DNA of 64,000 bases from Trichosphaerium sp. ATCC 40318 (lineage: Eukaryota > Protista > Tubulinea). Where the stretch lies: contig JALMLS010000173.1 in assembly GCA_038496445.1 (NCBI GenBank), positions 62,001-126,000 on the forward strand, in the 5' to 3' direction. A program made the position numbers and the translations under genes. This document shows, one piece after another, positions 62,476-64,000 of this stretch (position 1 is the first letter of the stretch; the number at the start of each line of letters is the position of its first letter). The notes beneath the pieces are model-generated. The model had not been told where the DNA came from, did no database searches, and saw only the letters and a program-made list of their open reading frames with translations.

Positions 62476-64000
62476 ATGACAAGTACGTTCTCACAACTGT
62501 AAATAGCTTATACAACAGCAAAGCTAAAAGTGTTTTTAGTTGTATTTTTATCTATTTTTCCTTTCTCTTCTGAGCGCTTTATCATCCTTACATTGTTTTA
62601 GATTCTCTGCTAGCGGTACTATACCGCGGTATTTCGCTACTACTAGTACTTGTAATAGCAAAGGGTTTTTGCGGCTCGAACTCAAACCCTGACACTATAT
62701 TCACCTGTGATGCAACTTCTACTGGCTGGGGATGTGACCCTAGGATGTGGGCTATTGTGAGGGGCCGCAAGAACAGATTAATCTGTAACGAGTCCCCTCG
62801 GCCACGCATGCATTGGGCGTCTAAGGTGAAGGCAAGTTCACAGTATCAGGTATTCGCTGGTGAAGAGGACTCTCCACAAACAACATACGTACCTGGTAGT
62901 ATTGTAGACATCACAGTGCTGGTAAAGAACTACTATAGAAAGTACAGAGGAATCCTAATGTACGCTAACCAAAGCAATCAACAAATCAATTCTTGATTTT
63001 TTCTTCTTTTTTCTCTTCCAGTCGCCCTCAAGCATCTTTCTTATGTTTTGTTCAGGTACGCTGTAGATTCTGATGGAAATCATGTTGGTGAATGGAAATT
63101 ACCAAATGATGAACCACGTGCGCTAAATTTGTCAGATCTTTTTTTGTGGAAGTTGTTTCTTACTTTTTTCGGTTTTTTAGCTTTATTCCTTATACCTTGG
63201 GAGAAGTCACATGCTTGTGGGGGCAGCGTTATGCATGCAAACGCTATACCGAAACCATTAATGACAACATTAACATTCATTGCGCCTCCAACTGGAACAG
63301 GTAAAATCACTTTTCATGCTCTCATCAAGAGTGGTCCAGCTAACAGTGGCGATTTCTGGTGGCCAAACGGAGGTAACCCATTATCGCTCACAGAGTCTTC
63401 AAACTCTCTTTCAACCAACAGTGGATGGTTCCAAACAGAGGTACATTGAATCGACTGAAAACGACTTAAAAACAAAAAGTGTTTGGATTTAGCGTCTTAT
63501 TTGTTTCTTAGCTTGGAGAATCATGCACTGAGAGGTGCTCTAAAGAGGGACTCCCTTGCAACGCTGCATCTATTCAAGGCATAAACAGTATTTCGGAAAT
63601 CAATAGACTCTTAAAGCCTTCGGGTTTTATTTGCAGAAAACCATTTTTGAGCGGTTGCAGTTCTATGGGAACAACACAAACGGTGGACGGCATGTGTTAT
63701 TACGATGATATGTCATGTGAAGATGGTCGCTCAACAGATGTTGCTACATGTGAAGCTAAAAGCACAAATGAAGAAGATGGGTACGTACTTTAAAATGAAT
63801 CGCCACTGTTGGTCAACTTTTATTTGCTGTTATTACTTTCTCCTAACACATCTGTTTTAATAGATTGCGCTTCTGTAAATGTGGTAGTACAACCAATCCA
63901 CGTGATGCACACAATGGAGGTTCATCAAGGAGTGCTTCGTTCATATTGTTGGCTTTATGCAGTTTGGGCCTAGCTTTCTTCAACAGTAAGAGCCACGCTA
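62476..64000 (+). CDS. Secreted reeler-domain, Cys-rich protein (runs off the window end)
   Basis: Signal peptide; TYVPGSIVDITV..YRGILM|YAVD..VGEW..C..SVMHAN..FIAPPTGTGKITFHAL; Cys-rich region and hydrophobic segment. Confidence 0.78.

Overview
AT-rich eukaryotic DNA with many short GT-AG introns, so the six-frame ORF track shows mostly exon fragments. The gene content looks like an amoeboid protist (inference). The left third (1-24.7 kb) is a duplication and transposon hotspot. It holds an intronless F-box + MORN-variant repeat gene with two decayed copies, a tandem pair of divergent Rab1-like GTPase genes and an atypical Rab5-like gene. It also holds four unrelated ~1.04-1.08 kb non-autonomous TIR elements and a full-length Ty3/Gypsy retrotransposon with 91-bp LTRs, disabled by one of those TIR elements. 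The rest is mostly spliced host genes: a metallophosphoesterase, a G8-domain protein, a beta-helix + family-C GPCR, an F-box-Ras fusion, a VIT/vWA protein, a CBM-type secreted protein, an inverted pair of intronless GH43/GH117-like hydrolases and a reeler protein. The most unusual gene (43398-47344, minus) joins a possible organelle transit peptide, six ~75-aa Trp-rich repeats, a PD-(D/E)XK nuclease-like domain, a bacterial-type ATP-dependent DNA ligase domain lacking its catalytic lysine, and a PARP-like zinc finger. Exon boundaries were inferred by eye.
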